A stretch of DNA of 64,000 bases from an uncultured Chloroflexia bacterium. Lineage in GTDB: Bacteria > Chloroflexota > Chloroflexia > QHBQ01 > JADMIH01. The DNA lies in contig CAWCNY010000003.1 in the NCBI GenBank assembly GCA_963797095.1, positions 128,001 to 192,000 on the forward strand. The letters run 5' to 3'. This document shows, piece by piece, positions 8,645-17,280 of the stretch. Every line of letters begins with the position of its first letter. The first letter of the stretch is position 1. Under the pieces are notes generated by a model. That model had not been told where the DNA came from. It did no database searches and saw only the letters and a list, made by a program, of their open reading frames with translations. The translations under genes were made by a program, and so were the position numbers.

Positions 8645-10491
8645 GCGGAACCTCGTTTCCAGCAATAGACAAGCCATTCACCCGCCAGCAGGGCAAGGGC
8701 CACACCGGCCAGCGGCAGCCAGAACTCGACATGCTTAACTTCGCCGCCACTGCCGGAGCGCGGGCTGTTCAACTCAGGGTGGGACCACTCGGCCGGAGCG
8801 GTGTTGCCGGGGTCGTCGGAGAGGTTGACCGCGAACTGTATATCGTGCTGCCCGTCCACGGCTCCGGCTGGGCTGACGCCATAAATACCCGCTTCATCCG
8901 TGTCGAGGAAGAGGCCGGTCGGTCCTGTGTCTACCTTCAACCCGCCGGGGGTATGCACCACAGAGCCTGGAGCAAGCCTCAGCGACTCGCCGGGGGTGAC
9001 TGCCTGCGTGCCCGCCAGCGGATAAAGCCAATCGGTGATGTTCGCCATCAGCAGAGGGAAAGCCGCCAGCTTGGGGAGGTTCGATTCACGCGGGTCGAAC
9101 GTGAGCACGACCACTCGCCTGCCGTCCTGCTCTCCTGCCAGCAATAGCGGGCCGGAAGGCGAATCGACAAGCGTTTCCAGCCAGTCGGGGGCCTCCACGC
9201 TGTGGGCCTCCGACACCAGCAAGGCGCTAAGATCTATACCCTTTAGGAGAGGGTGGTCGCTCTCCAGAACAATGGGACGAACGTCGCCTGCCCTGCCCGT
9301 GAGGTGCAAAGTATAGGCTTCACCCGCCGGAGAGGAGGCTGTGTTCTCAACGGCGGTATTCACCAGCACCAAACCGCCCTGGGGCAGGGGTGCGCCGGGT
9401 GCGCCTTCAACGACCGTGAAGGCAAAACTGCCTGACGTACCCAGCGTGGCGCTCACTGGTGCCACACCATCGATCACGGATAGGGCGCGTATGAAGAGGT
9501 CGGGCCGGGAGGAAACGACCGCTACCTTATGCTCCCCGTCCACCGGCAGGAAGATAACGGCTTGGTCGTCGGCGCTGAGGGCATCGGCGGTTGTAACGCT
9601 GACCGTGAAGCGCACCGTGCGGGCGGGCACCTGCCAGGTGAGGCCAACCGAACCACCGGGCGGTACACTCTGAGTGCGCTCCGGTAGAGGGACAGTGTCG
9701 GCCAGGGCCTTGACGGTGATGTTGGCCTCGGTCTGGGAGGTGCTTTCGATGCGGGCATAGGCGATCCAGCCGGCGCGACCATCGGGCGGCCTGCGCGCAC
9801 TGAGGGCCACCACCGATACGTTGGCGTTGCTGCTCGTCGAGCCGACCCGCACGAAAGTGAGCGACATAGGAGGCAATCCCTCGGTCGAGAGGCTGCCGAA
9901 TTGCCCATCTGAGATCACTGTAACGGGCAAGGCCGAACCATCGGCGGCGCGCCGGGCAAGACCGGCAGCCACGCTCAACATACCCTCCATGTCGGCGCGA
10001 CCTGCCCCCGGCTGCATAGCGTCAACAGCGGCCAGCAGATCGCTATGCGAGCAGTTGGCGCAGGCGGTAGTAACATTGGCCCCCACGCGCAGGAGGGTGG
10101 CGCTGTCCTCGGCGTTCATATCCGCCACGGCGCTCTTCGCCTCGTCCCTGGCGGCATCGAAGCGGGTGCGGTTGGAGGACGAGCCAAGCAGAGTGCGCAT
10201 GCTGCCCGAGGCGTCAATGGCGATCACGCGGTTGCCCCCGGCGGGGGCGGTGAAGGCGGGCTGGGCAAGGGCCAAAGCACCGGCGGCTAGCAGGATGGCT
10301 TGCAGAATGAGCAGGATGGAGAGCGGCGGCCTGCGCAACCGGGAGGTGGAGCGCTCGACGTTGGGCAGGGCGCGCCATAAGCGCAAACTGGGCACGAGCG
10401 TGCGCCTGCGCTTCGGCCTGAGCATGTAGACGAGGACGAGAGCGGGCACCAGCGCAAGCCAAAGCGCGCCCAGCCAGTTGAGAAAGCTCAT
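8641..10491 (-). CDS. BatA-domain + vWA membrane protein
   Basis: MSFLNW..YMLRPKRR..VPSLRLW..ALAQP (BatA-like N-terminus); IDASGSM MIDAS; AAFPLL; C-terminal LLAGEW TM. Confidence 0.85.
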   Translation of the reverse strand: MSFLNWLGALWLALVPALVLVYMLRPKRRRTLVPSLRLWRALPNVERSTSRLRRPPLSILLILQAILLAAGALALAQPAFTAPAGGNRVIAIDASGSMRTLLGSSSNRTRFDAARDEAKSAVADMNAEDSATLLRVGANVTTACANCSHSDLLAAVDAMQPGAGRADMEGMLSVAAGLARRAADGSALPVTVISDGQFGSLSTEGLPPMSLTFVRVGSTSSNANVSVVALSARRPPDGRAGWIAYARIESTSQTEANITVKALADTVPLPERTQSVPPGGSVGLTWQVPARTVRFTVSVTTADALSADDQAVIFLPVDGEHKVAVVSSRPDLFIRALSVIDGVAPVSATLGTSGSFAFTVVEGAPGAPLPQGGLVLVNTAVENTASSPAGEAYTLHLTGRAGDVRPIVLESDHPLLKGIDLSALLVSEAHSVEAPDWLETLVDSPSGPLLLAGEQDGRRVVVLTFDPRESNLPKLAAFPLLMANITDWLYPLAGTQAVTPGESLRLAPGSVVHTPGGLKVDTGPTGLFLDTDEAGIYGVSPAGAVDGQHDIQFAVNLSDDPGNTAPAEWSHPELNSPRSGSGGEVKHVEFWLPLAGVALALLAGEWLVYCWKRGSA

Positions 10492-11573
10492 GCGGTAGTC
10501 ACTCCGCGCCGCCTGAGAGTGTCCAACAAGATGCGCTCTATGTCGGCATCGCTCATCACGCGCAGGTAGCTCGCGCCCTGCGACCGGCAGTAATCGGCGG
10601 TATCAGTCAGCCAACTTTGCACGCGCCTGTCGTACTCGGCCATGCCTTCGCGGCCCAGGTAGATCTCAAGGCGCTCGCCAGTTTCGCTGTCTATCAATTC
10701 GAGATCGCCCGTTTCGACCGGCGCGATCTCCTGTGGGCTTACTATGTGCATTACATTGGTCTGGTAGCCCGCCGTTACCAGGGCGCGCAGGCCATCCCGC
10801 CAGCCGTCCAGCAACAGGTCGCTGATTACGACAACGATACGGCCCTGCCCGCGACCAGGGTTATCTCCCGCCCAACCGACGAGGTAGCCATCGAAGTTCG
10901 ACACGGAACGGGTGCGCAGCCCCTGCAAAAGCCGGAACATCTCTCCCGATTCGGCGCGCCCGCGAAATCGCTGAACAACCGATGGCGGATTGGACGCCGG
11001 AGCCTGGGCCGGTCCCAATCCCTCAATAGAGCCTGGCGTTGCCATGACGACCGAGTCGAGGTGGGCCAGGGCAATATACCCGAAGGAGGCCGCCAGCCTG
11101 CGGGCGGTCATAAACTTGGAAGGCGTGCCAAAGCCCATCGAGGGGCTGGCGTCGAGCAATAGATATAGATTGGTGTCGTGCTCGGCCTGGGCCTGGCGCA
11201 CGTGCAGAGTGCCGAGGCGTGCGTAAGTGTTCCAATCCACGCGGCGCAAATCATCGCCCACGCTGTAAGGGCGGAAGTCGGCGAATTCGATACCAATAGT
11301 GCGCCTGTTGGCCGCGTGCTCGCCCATCAGGCCGCCGATCAGGTCGTGCCCCACGCTGAGCGATATCCGGTCGAGCTTGCGCAGAAGCTCGGTATCTACA
11401 ACCAGGCCCTCGTCCCCGGCGACGGCTTGCGCGCCGCTGCCCGCCCGACTTCCAAGAGAGCGAAACCAGCGGGTTACGGACGGAGGACGGAGGGCGAAGG
11501 ACGGAGGACGATTGCGTTGGGATGGGGCGATTTCGTCTTCCGTCCTCCGTCCTTCGTCCCTCCGCACGCTCAC
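10488..11573 (-). CDS. DUF58 family protein (MoxR partner)
   Basis: EFADFRPYSVGDDLRRVDWN, LDASPSM, VISDLL and LIDSETG motifs. Confidence 0.9.
   Translation of the reverse strand: MSVRRDEGRRTEDEIAPSQRNRPPSFALRPPSVTRWFRSLGSRAGSGAQAVAGDEGLVVDTELLRKLDRISLSVGHDLIGGLMGEHAANRRTIGIEFADFRPYSVGDDLRRVDWNTYARLGTLHVRQAQAEHDTNLYLLLDASPSMGFGTPSKFMTARRLAASFGYIALAHLDSVVMATPGSIEGLGPAQAPASNPPSVVQRFRGRAESGEMFRLLQGLRTRSVSNFDGYLVGWAGDNPGRGQGRIVVVISDLLLDGWRDGLRALVTAGYQTNVMHIVSPQEIAPVETGDLELIDSETGERLEIYLGREGMAEYDRRVQSWLTDTADYCRSQGASYLRVMSDADIERILLDTLRRRGVTTA
11478..11559. repeat. Inverted heptamer arrays, (GGACGGA)n and (TCCGTCC)n, forming a hairpin
   Basis: Five GGACGGA-like units at 11478-11512 and four TCCGTCC-like units at 11532-11559. 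Confidence 0.8.
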
Positions 11574-12559
11574 GCCTTCACCTCTTCCAGGATCATGTTC
11601 AGCACCGTGTCGGCATCCACGTTTTGCAGTTGGGCCTCTACGTTGAGCACGATTCGGTGGCGAAGGGCCGGGAGAGCTACGCGGCGAAGGTCTTCAAATG
11701 AGACGTTGTAGCGCCCGGACATAACGGCGTTGACCTTACCCGCGAGCACAACCGATTGGATGGCGCGCGGGCTTGCTCCATAGCGAACAAGCTTGCGCGA
11801 GCTGGCGACTCCCACATCGCCTTCGGGGTGAGTAGCCATCACAAGGCGGGCGGCGTAGTCGAGTACAGGCTCGGCAATGGGCACATCGCGAATGAGAGCC
11901 TGCAAATCGAGCAATTGCTCGCCGTTCAGGACAACGCGCGCCCGGCGTTCGGCCCTGCCCGTAGTGCGGCGGGCGATCTCTTTCAACTCATCGGGCGACG
12001 GGTAGCCCACTATCAACTTGAAGAAGAAGCGGTCAAGCTGGGCTTCGGGCAGGGGATATGTGCCTTGCAGGTCTATCGGGTTCTGGGTCGCCAGCACGAA
12101 GAAAGGCTGCGGCAGGCGGTGGGTGACCCTCCCTATCGTGACTGAGTACTCCTGCATGGCCTCAAGCATGGCGGATTGGGTGCGCGGGGTGGCCCTGTTG
12201 ATCTCGTCCGCCAGGATAAGATGGGCGAAGATGGGGCCGGGCTGGAACGAGAAGGCCCGCCCATCATTTCCTTCCACGATTACATCGGTACCTACAATGT
12301 CGGCAGGGAGGAGGTCGGGCGTAAACTGGATGCGACTGTAACTGAGGTCGATGCACTCGGAAAGCGTGCGCACCAGCAGGGTCTTGCCCAGGCCGGGCAC
12401 CCCTTCAAGCAGGACATGCCCGCCCGCCAGCAGCGCTGTGAGCACTCCGCGCACTACGTTCCGCTGCCCCACGATGACTCCCGCAAGCTCATCCTCCAGC
12501 GTAGCAACAAGCCTCCGGATGCTCTCACCTATTTCTATCTCCTGTGGTGTGGTGTTCAA
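11570..12559 (-). CDS. moxR: MoxR family AAA+ ATPase
   Basis: LLEGVPGLGKT, RIQFTPDLLPADI, LADEINRA, ATQNP and YPLPEAQLDRF motifs; TTG start with AAGGAG SD. Confidence 0.95.
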   Translation of the reverse strand: MNTTPQEIEIGESIRRLVATLEDELAGVIVGQRNVVRGVLTALLAGGHVLLEGVPGLGKTLLVRTLSECIDLSYSRIQFTPDLLPADIVGTDVIVEGNDGRAFSFQPGPIFAHLILADEINRATPRTQSAMLEAMQEYSVTIGRVTHRLPQPFFVLATQNPIDLQGTYPLPEAQLDRFFFKLIVGYPSPDELKEIARRTTGRAERRARVVLNGEQLLDLQALIRDVPIAEPVLDYAARLVMATHPEGDVGVASSRKLVRYGASPRAIQSVVLAGKVNAVMSGRYNVSFEDLRRVALPALRHRIVLNVEAQLQNVDADTVLNMILEEVKA

Positions 12560-12572
12560 AGATGCTCCTTGT

Positions 12573-14351
12573 CTATCTGCTCTCCGGGCTAAAGTACTTC
12601 TGCACTATGCCCCAGCGCTCCATTGGAGGTGCTGTTGTCTCGCCCGTGGCATCGACGGGGCCGCCCTGCGATGGGCTGGTGGCCCCGCCCGAGTTGCTCG
12701 CATCTCCTTCAAGGGTCATGGCGGGAGGCTCCTGCCCATTTCCTGGGCGAAGGTTATTGGGGTCGGCCTCGTCGCCCTGGAGCGCGAAGGGGTCTCCGTC
12801 CACATCGAGGCCCTGCCCCTTGGGGCCGTCCACCCTGCTCCCCTCGCCGGGCAAGCCGGGATCGCCAGCGCCGCTCCCCTGGCCCTGGTCCGATTGAGGA
12901 CCACCTGGCGCGCCCTGAGAAGGGCTGCCGGAGCCGTCGTCACCTGTGCCGGGCTGGGGTTGCTGGCCGTTATCGGCGGCGTCAGGTTGAGTGATGCCGC
13001 CCTGCCCCTGTTGGCTGCTATCGCCGGGCTGGCTACTCTGGTCCTGGCTTTGCTGGCCGTCGTCGCTCGAATCTTGCTGATTGCTCTGCCCGTTTTGCCC
13101 CGCTGCGGGCGTAGTGCTTGCCGATGGCTGGGTCGGGAAGTTCTTGGCGAGGTCTTGCTGAGGAACCACCTGATCGCCCGTATCTTTTACTGCCTGGCCC
13201 AGGTCGTCCATCGCTTTCTTTATCTCGCCGTAGGTGCCGTTGCGAAGGGCGTCGGCCGCCTTGCGCTCGGCGTCCCGGAGGTCCGGCGTATCGGAGGAAT
13301 CGTCGGCGGCAGAATCGAGGCTCTCGGCCAGTGCCTCTTTGGCGTCCTGCGATAACTGGTCGTTGTTGTCTCCCAGTTGGGAGAGCGCATCGCCGGCGGC
13401 GTTGTAGTCGCCCTGGCGTATGCTGTCGGCGATGCTCTGAGTTACGCCTTGTTCATCGAGCGCACCCGCCAATCGTTGCAGCGATTTCTCGGCCTGGCGC
13501 GACGCCTCGGCTTGCTGCTGTGCCGCGTCGGCTGATATGGAGGGTCCGGACGCTGAGGTGCTGCCCTGCCCACCGTTGCTGTCGGGCACGCCCGGCTGAT
13601 TGGATTGGCCCTGCTGGTCGGAATCGGAACTGGAGGGTGGGGTACCGGCCTGGGTATCGTCGCTGTTGGCGTCCGGAAGGCCGGATAGAGCGGTGGCGGT
13701 GGGCACGGCCGCGCCCGCACCCAGGCCGGGGGGCAGACCTCCCGAAGCAAGCGCGAAATCGTCGTTCGCGCCCTTCAGAAGCCAGATCCCCACAGCGATC
13801 ACCAGCAGACCGCCCGCGATAGTCAGTTGAGCGACTGGCATGCGAGCCGGGTAAAGAGCGCGAGGCTCAACGCCCGCCAGCAGGCGCGCCGTAGAAGAAA
13901 GCTGGGCGCTCGCCATAATCGACGCCTGTGACGCAACCGGACTAACTCCTGCTTGTTTGCCATTCAGCAGTTCAACCGAGGTGAGCACGCGCTGGCGGTC
14001 GTCAAGCAGCGAATCAAGCGTACGCGCGGTATCGAAGGGCGTAGGCTGGCGTATGGCTTCGTAGAGGAGAGCCATACCCGGCATCAAGAGCGAGAGTCCT
14101 ATGCCAAGCGGCAGCGCCAGAGAGAAGCCTGCATTGAAATAGGGGAGGGCAGCCAACACAAGCCACAGAAGTCCAACACCAACGGCAGCAAGGCCAAGAT
14201 AGCGCCTGCGTCGATCTTTGCGCAGCAGTATCCTGTACTCAGCCAGCCTAGAATCCAAACTCGGAGGATCGGATTGCACCGCCTGTGTGGGCGCTTGTTC
14301 GGGCGTGGGTGGGGTTAGACGACCACCCTGCTGGATGTTAGTTATAGCCAA
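12573..14351 (-). CDS. Membrane protein with Gln/Ser/Asp/Gly-rich coiled-coil region (MoxR-operon associated)
   Basis: Three TM segments, low-complexity helical region and C-terminal VQKYF. Probable TTG start at 14351 after AAAGGAG, overlapping the upstream stop. Confidence 0.75.
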   Translation of the reverse strand: MAITNIQQGGRLTPPTPEQAPTQAVQSDPPSLDSRLAEYRILLRKDRRRRYLGLAAVGVGLLWLVLAALPYFNAGFSLALPLGIGLSLLMPGMALLYEAIRQPTPFDTARTLDSLLDDRQRVLTSVELLNGKQAGVSPVASQASIMASAQLSSTARLLAGVEPRALYPARMPVAQLTIAGGLLVIAVGIWLLKGANDDFALASGGLPPGLGAGAAVPTATALSGLPDANSDDTQAGTPPSSSDSDQQGQSNQPGVPDSNGGQGSTSASGPSISADAAQQQAEASRQAEKSLQRLAGALDEQGVTQSIADSIRQGDYNAAGDALSQLGDNNDQLSQDAKEALAESLDSAADDSSDTPDLRDAERKAADALRNGTYGEIKKAMDDLGQAVKDTGDQVVPQQDLAKNFPTQPSASTTPAAGQNGQSNQQDSSDDGQQSQDQSSQPGDSSQQGQGGITQPDAADNGQQPQPGTGDDGSGSPSQGAPGGPQSDQGQGSGAGDPGLPGEGSRVDGPKGQGLDVDGDPFALQGDEADPNNLRPGNGQEPPAMTLEGDASNSGGATSPSQGGPVDATGETTAPPMERWGIVQKYFSPESR

Positions 14352-15853
14352 TCCGCGCTCTCCTTTCGTGTAATCAAGCTCGCTTGCGCGGTCCCCTGTG
14401 CGCTTGCGCGTCCCGTTGAGGGAGCGGTTTGAAGACGCCGGCGCATTGTGATCAAAACACCTGCGGCCACTACCCCCAGACCCGCTATGAGCACAGCCAC
14501 ACCCATAAAGACCGAGTAGCGCGACCACTCGGCTACCATCTCGGCAGCCTGGTTAGCCCGCGCCGTGTCGCCCAGTTGGGCAAATACCTCGCCCGCCGCG
14601 CGGGCATCGGTGCGTGCGCCCGGCAGGTCGAGGGTACCTGCCTTTGCGAGGGCGCTGTCCATCAGTTGCACCGCACCCAGGCCTTTTTGCGCCAGCTGCA
14701 ATGTTTGATCCACCGACTGCGCGTGCGAATCGAGGGCAAGGCTGGAGAAGGTGTTCCAGGCAGATTGCGCGTTACCGTAAGCCGTTCTGTAATCGTATGC
14801 TTCGAGGGCCGTGCGTGCACTGGTTGCCTGGGCCTGCGCCAGGCTTGCGCGTTGCGATTTGTCAAGGTAATCGCCCGCAGTGGCCGCACGATCCGCTCTT
14901 CCAAGCTGGTTATATAGCTGCTGCGAATGCTCGAAATGGTCGGCAGCCTCGTCAAACTTGCCCCCATCGAATAGCGCGATGCCTGGGCTTAGGTCGTAAT
15001 ATGTCAGGAGGTTGGTTTGCCAGCCCCCCGCGAGGAATGTAGGAAGCCAGTTGCGCCACTCCCTATCCAGGCTGCGAGCCGAGTAGCCGTATACTTCGAA
15101 CAGGGCACTTGACCAATCTTCGCCGCCCTTCAGGGTCGCCAGGTATCTGCCAAAATAGTCCATCCCATACCTGTCGGCAAAGAAGGCCATCATGCTGTAA
15201 GCTTCCGGATAGGCAAGTTCGGGGACCTGGGTGAACCTCCACCGGTCGTTTAGCTCGGTAAGTGAGAGGAAGGTCACGCCATGATCCTGAGCATTGCGCA
15301 GGTATTGAGCCGAGGCCTGGGCGCGGCTGGTGGAAAGCTCGTTGTACTGGGCAAGCCCTTCCTGGAAGCCAATGGGAAGGTTTTGATCGGAGAGCTCGCC
15401 AGCCACCATGTGAGTCATCTCGTGGCGAAAGCTTGCGCGGGCGACCTCCGGTTCGACCTGTCGCAAACGCTCCACCGCTACCCCTATTTCCAGTTTGCCG
15501 GGTATGGCGTGTGCCATGATCCCGGCGTGCTCGCCCGCAATGGGGTTGGCGATTATATAGTCAGCTTCGGTTGAGTATATATGAAGGGTCAGCCAGGTAA
15601 GAGGGTCACTGCCTAGCATCTCGGATACCGCGTCGTCCACGTCATCTATAAAGCCCGCATACCAATCCGCCGATGCCTCTTCACCTTCCGGGTAAATAAT
15701 GGTGAAGTAGCGAGTCTGCTCCGTCTTTTCCTGGGTAGATTGCGCCAGGGCACGCGAGGCCAGGGCCGGCGAGATGAGGGTCGCCAGCGCGGCCAGCAGA
15801 AGGAGGAGAGGTTGGAAGAGACGCCACAAGGACCGTGGTGGTTCGGCTTTCAT
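14342..15853 (-). CDS. Exported gluzincin metallopeptidase (peptidase MA-like) with TPR-like helices and C-terminal TM anchor
   Basis: Signal peptide ending ALA; HEMTH plus downstream FQEGLAQY. Confidence 0.8.
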   Translation of the reverse strand: MKAEPPRSLWRLFQPLLLLLAALATLISPALASRALAQSTQEKTEQTRYFTIIYPEGEEASADWYAGFIDDVDDAVSEMLGSDPLTWLTLHIYSTEADYIIANPIAGEHAGIMAHAIPGKLEIGVAVERLRQVEPEVARASFRHEMTHMVAGELSDQNLPIGFQEGLAQYNELSTSRAQASAQYLRNAQDHGVTFLSLTELNDRWRFTQVPELAYPEAYSMMAFFADRYGMDYFGRYLATLKGGEDWSSALFEVYGYSARSLDREWRNWLPTFLAGGWQTNLLTYYDLSPGIALFDGGKFDEAADHFEHSQQLYNQLGRADRAATAGDYLDKSQRASLAQAQATSARTALEAYDYRTAYGNAQSAWNTFSSLALDSHAQSVDQTLQLAQKGLGAVQLMDSALAKAGTLDLPGARTDARAAGEVFAQLGDTARANQAAEMVAEWSRYSVFMGVAVLIAGLGVVAAGVLITMRRRLQTAPSTGRASAQGTAQASLITRKESADWL

Positions 15854-15950
15854 AGGGCTAACACTCTAGGGGGAACGGTCTGCTGAGGGCTGGAAGGAGA
15901 CGGAGCGCTCCTGTAGGCGGGCAACCGAGGACACTTGGGGCCGCGATTCG

Positions 15951-15959
15951 ATTATACCA
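15951..15959 (-). promoter_or_regulatory. Extended -10 promoter element for the peptidase-MoxR operon
   Basis: TGGTATAAT on the minus strand about 100 bp upstream of the first gene; -35 is weak. Confidence 0.5.
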
Positions 15960-16084
15960 GAGCGGCGGGGGCGAGCGCCACAAAACTAACTGATATTGGT
16001 ACACCATTAATACGAACGGGGTTTCACACCCGGTTGCCGGTTCCGGTAGCGTTCCGGTGGCGTTCGGTGAGGAACCCGATCACT

Positions 16085-16113
16085 TTGACTCGCGCCTGCG
16101 CTTCGGGTATAAT
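16085..16113 (+). promoter_or_regulatory. Sigma70 promoter of the stable-RNA operon
   Basis: TTGACT-17 bp-TATAAT. Confidence 0.85.
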
Positions 16114-16129
16114 TGTTAAGCGCCGGCGA

Positions 16130-16154
16130 TCCGGGGTCGTCTAACGGTAGGACA
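16130..16154 (+). pseudogene. Orphan 5' fragment of a tRNA (probably a Gln isoacceptor): acceptor 5' strand + D arm only
   Basis: TCCGGGG-TC-GTCT-AACGGTA-GGAC-A, with a D loop identical to the downstream tRNA-Gln; no anticodon arm, T arm or complementary CCCCGGA follows. Confidence 0.65.
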
Positions 16155-16390
16155 ATGAGACTACCTCTAACGCGAAGAGGCTGAAGAGACGCTTGATAGA
16201 AGTAGGATTATTGCAGGATACATGCGCAGAATGTGGACAGAGAGCCGAGTGGCAAGGTAAACCGTTGGTGCTGGTATTGGATCACATCAATGGAAACAGC
16301 CAGGACCACCGCCTTGAAAACCTGAGGTTGCTCTGCCCCAACTGTAACAGTCAAACAGCAACATTCTGCGGCAGAAACGTTCGGCAGTAG
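16151..16390 (+). pseudogene. HNH endonuclease, probably N-terminally truncated
   Basis: RLKRRLIEVGLL-CAECG-WQGKPLVLVLDHINGNSQDHRLENLRLLCPNCNSQT. The open frame extends to 16151 without a good start or SD; the stop codon lies inside tRNA-Gln. Confidence 0.75.
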
Positions 16391-16451
16391 TTTAACGGTA
16401 GAACATCGCACTTTGGATGCGAGGGTTGAGGTTCGAGTCCTTGCTGCCGAG
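16381..16451 (+). tRNA. tRNA-Gln: tRNA-Gln (anticodon TTG)
   Basis: Acceptor TCGGCAG/CTGCCGA with T1-A72; D arm GTTT/GAAC; anticodon arm TCGCA-CTTTGGA-TGCGA; T loop TTCGAGT; discriminator G; CCA not encoded. Confidence 0.95.
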
Positions 16452-16525
16452 CCTGTGGTAGGAGGTCCGAGCTTCTTACCACATGACGACATTAACAAGA
16501 TAATAGGCGACAAAGGGTTGGGCAA

Positions 16526-16902
16526 GGTTGGCAAACGCAGGACGGCCGCTGCCGCAAGGTAGAGGAAAGTCCGAGCTACATCGAGCAGGGTGCCACGTGA
16601 AAGCGTGGGAAGGGCCGGTCGCAGGTCCTGACAGTCCAGATTGGCGTCCCCGCGAGGGGGCGAGAGCAACAGAGACTACTGCCACCCAGGCGGCTATGCC
16701 GCCCAAGTGGACTGAAAAGGGCAATCCTCCCTGTAGCAATCTCCGAATCGACCGCAGCCTGTGGGCAACCACGGGCGACAGGTGGCTCGCCGAGCCGGTC
16801 GAAAGTCGAGAGCACCTGCCGAGGTGACGAAGCAGGCGGCCCGCAAGGGTCGAGATAGATGGCCGTTTAGAACAGAACTCGGCTTACTCGCGAGAGCTAG
16901 CC
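16526..16902 (+). ncRNA. rnpB: RNase P RNA
   Basis: GAGGAAAGTCC (16562), GCAACAGAGA, TGAAA and AACAGAACTCGGCTTA conserved regions; P2 GGACGGCCG/TGGCCGTTT. Ends approximate. Confidence 0.93.
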
Positions 16903-16922
16903 CCTACCAATCCAATCAATAT

Positions 16923-16998
16923 GGTGACCGTAGTTCAATGGCAGAGCGCTTCACTGTGGATGAAGATGTTGCGGGTTCGAATCCCGTCGGTCACCCCA
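16923..16998 (+). tRNA. tRNA-His: tRNA-His (anticodon GTG)
   Basis: G-1 plus GTGACCG/CGGTCAC, C73 and encoded CCA; anticodon arm CTTCA-CTGTGGA-TGAAG; GGTTCGAATCC. Confidence 0.97.
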
Positions 16999-17021
16999 CT
17001 AGCCTCCCCAAATCGCGGGGC

Positions 17022-17056
17022 AATCAGAAACAGACCAATTTGGTCTGTTTTTGATT
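17022..17056 (+). terminator. Intrinsic terminator of the stable-RNA operon
   Basis: AATCAGAAACAGACCA-ATT-TGGTCTGTTTTTGATT. Confidence 0.75.
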
Positions 17057-17280
17057 CAATTTCTCGAAAGTGCGAACCTGCACTTTCAATTCGATATCTC
17101 TCCCGGTTTTTGACGGCTGAGATAAACGAATAGTCATTGTAATATCAGGGCATCATCCTATATACTTGGTCAATTCAGTAACCCCATAATCTGCCAAACC
17201 GGCACAAAACCAGCACTACTACACAACCACATATTCAATACCGATTGCATACCGAGCGACATCAATGAGGAGGGAGAGGT

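Noticed and set aside
16130-16451. Intron-containing tRNA with HNH homing endonuclease
   Set aside because: No matching 3' exon: the downstream acceptor strand pairs with TCGGCAG, not TCCGGGG. There is also no room for a group I core.
16208-17133. Several short ORFs
   Set aside because: They overlap the tRNAs and rnpB.
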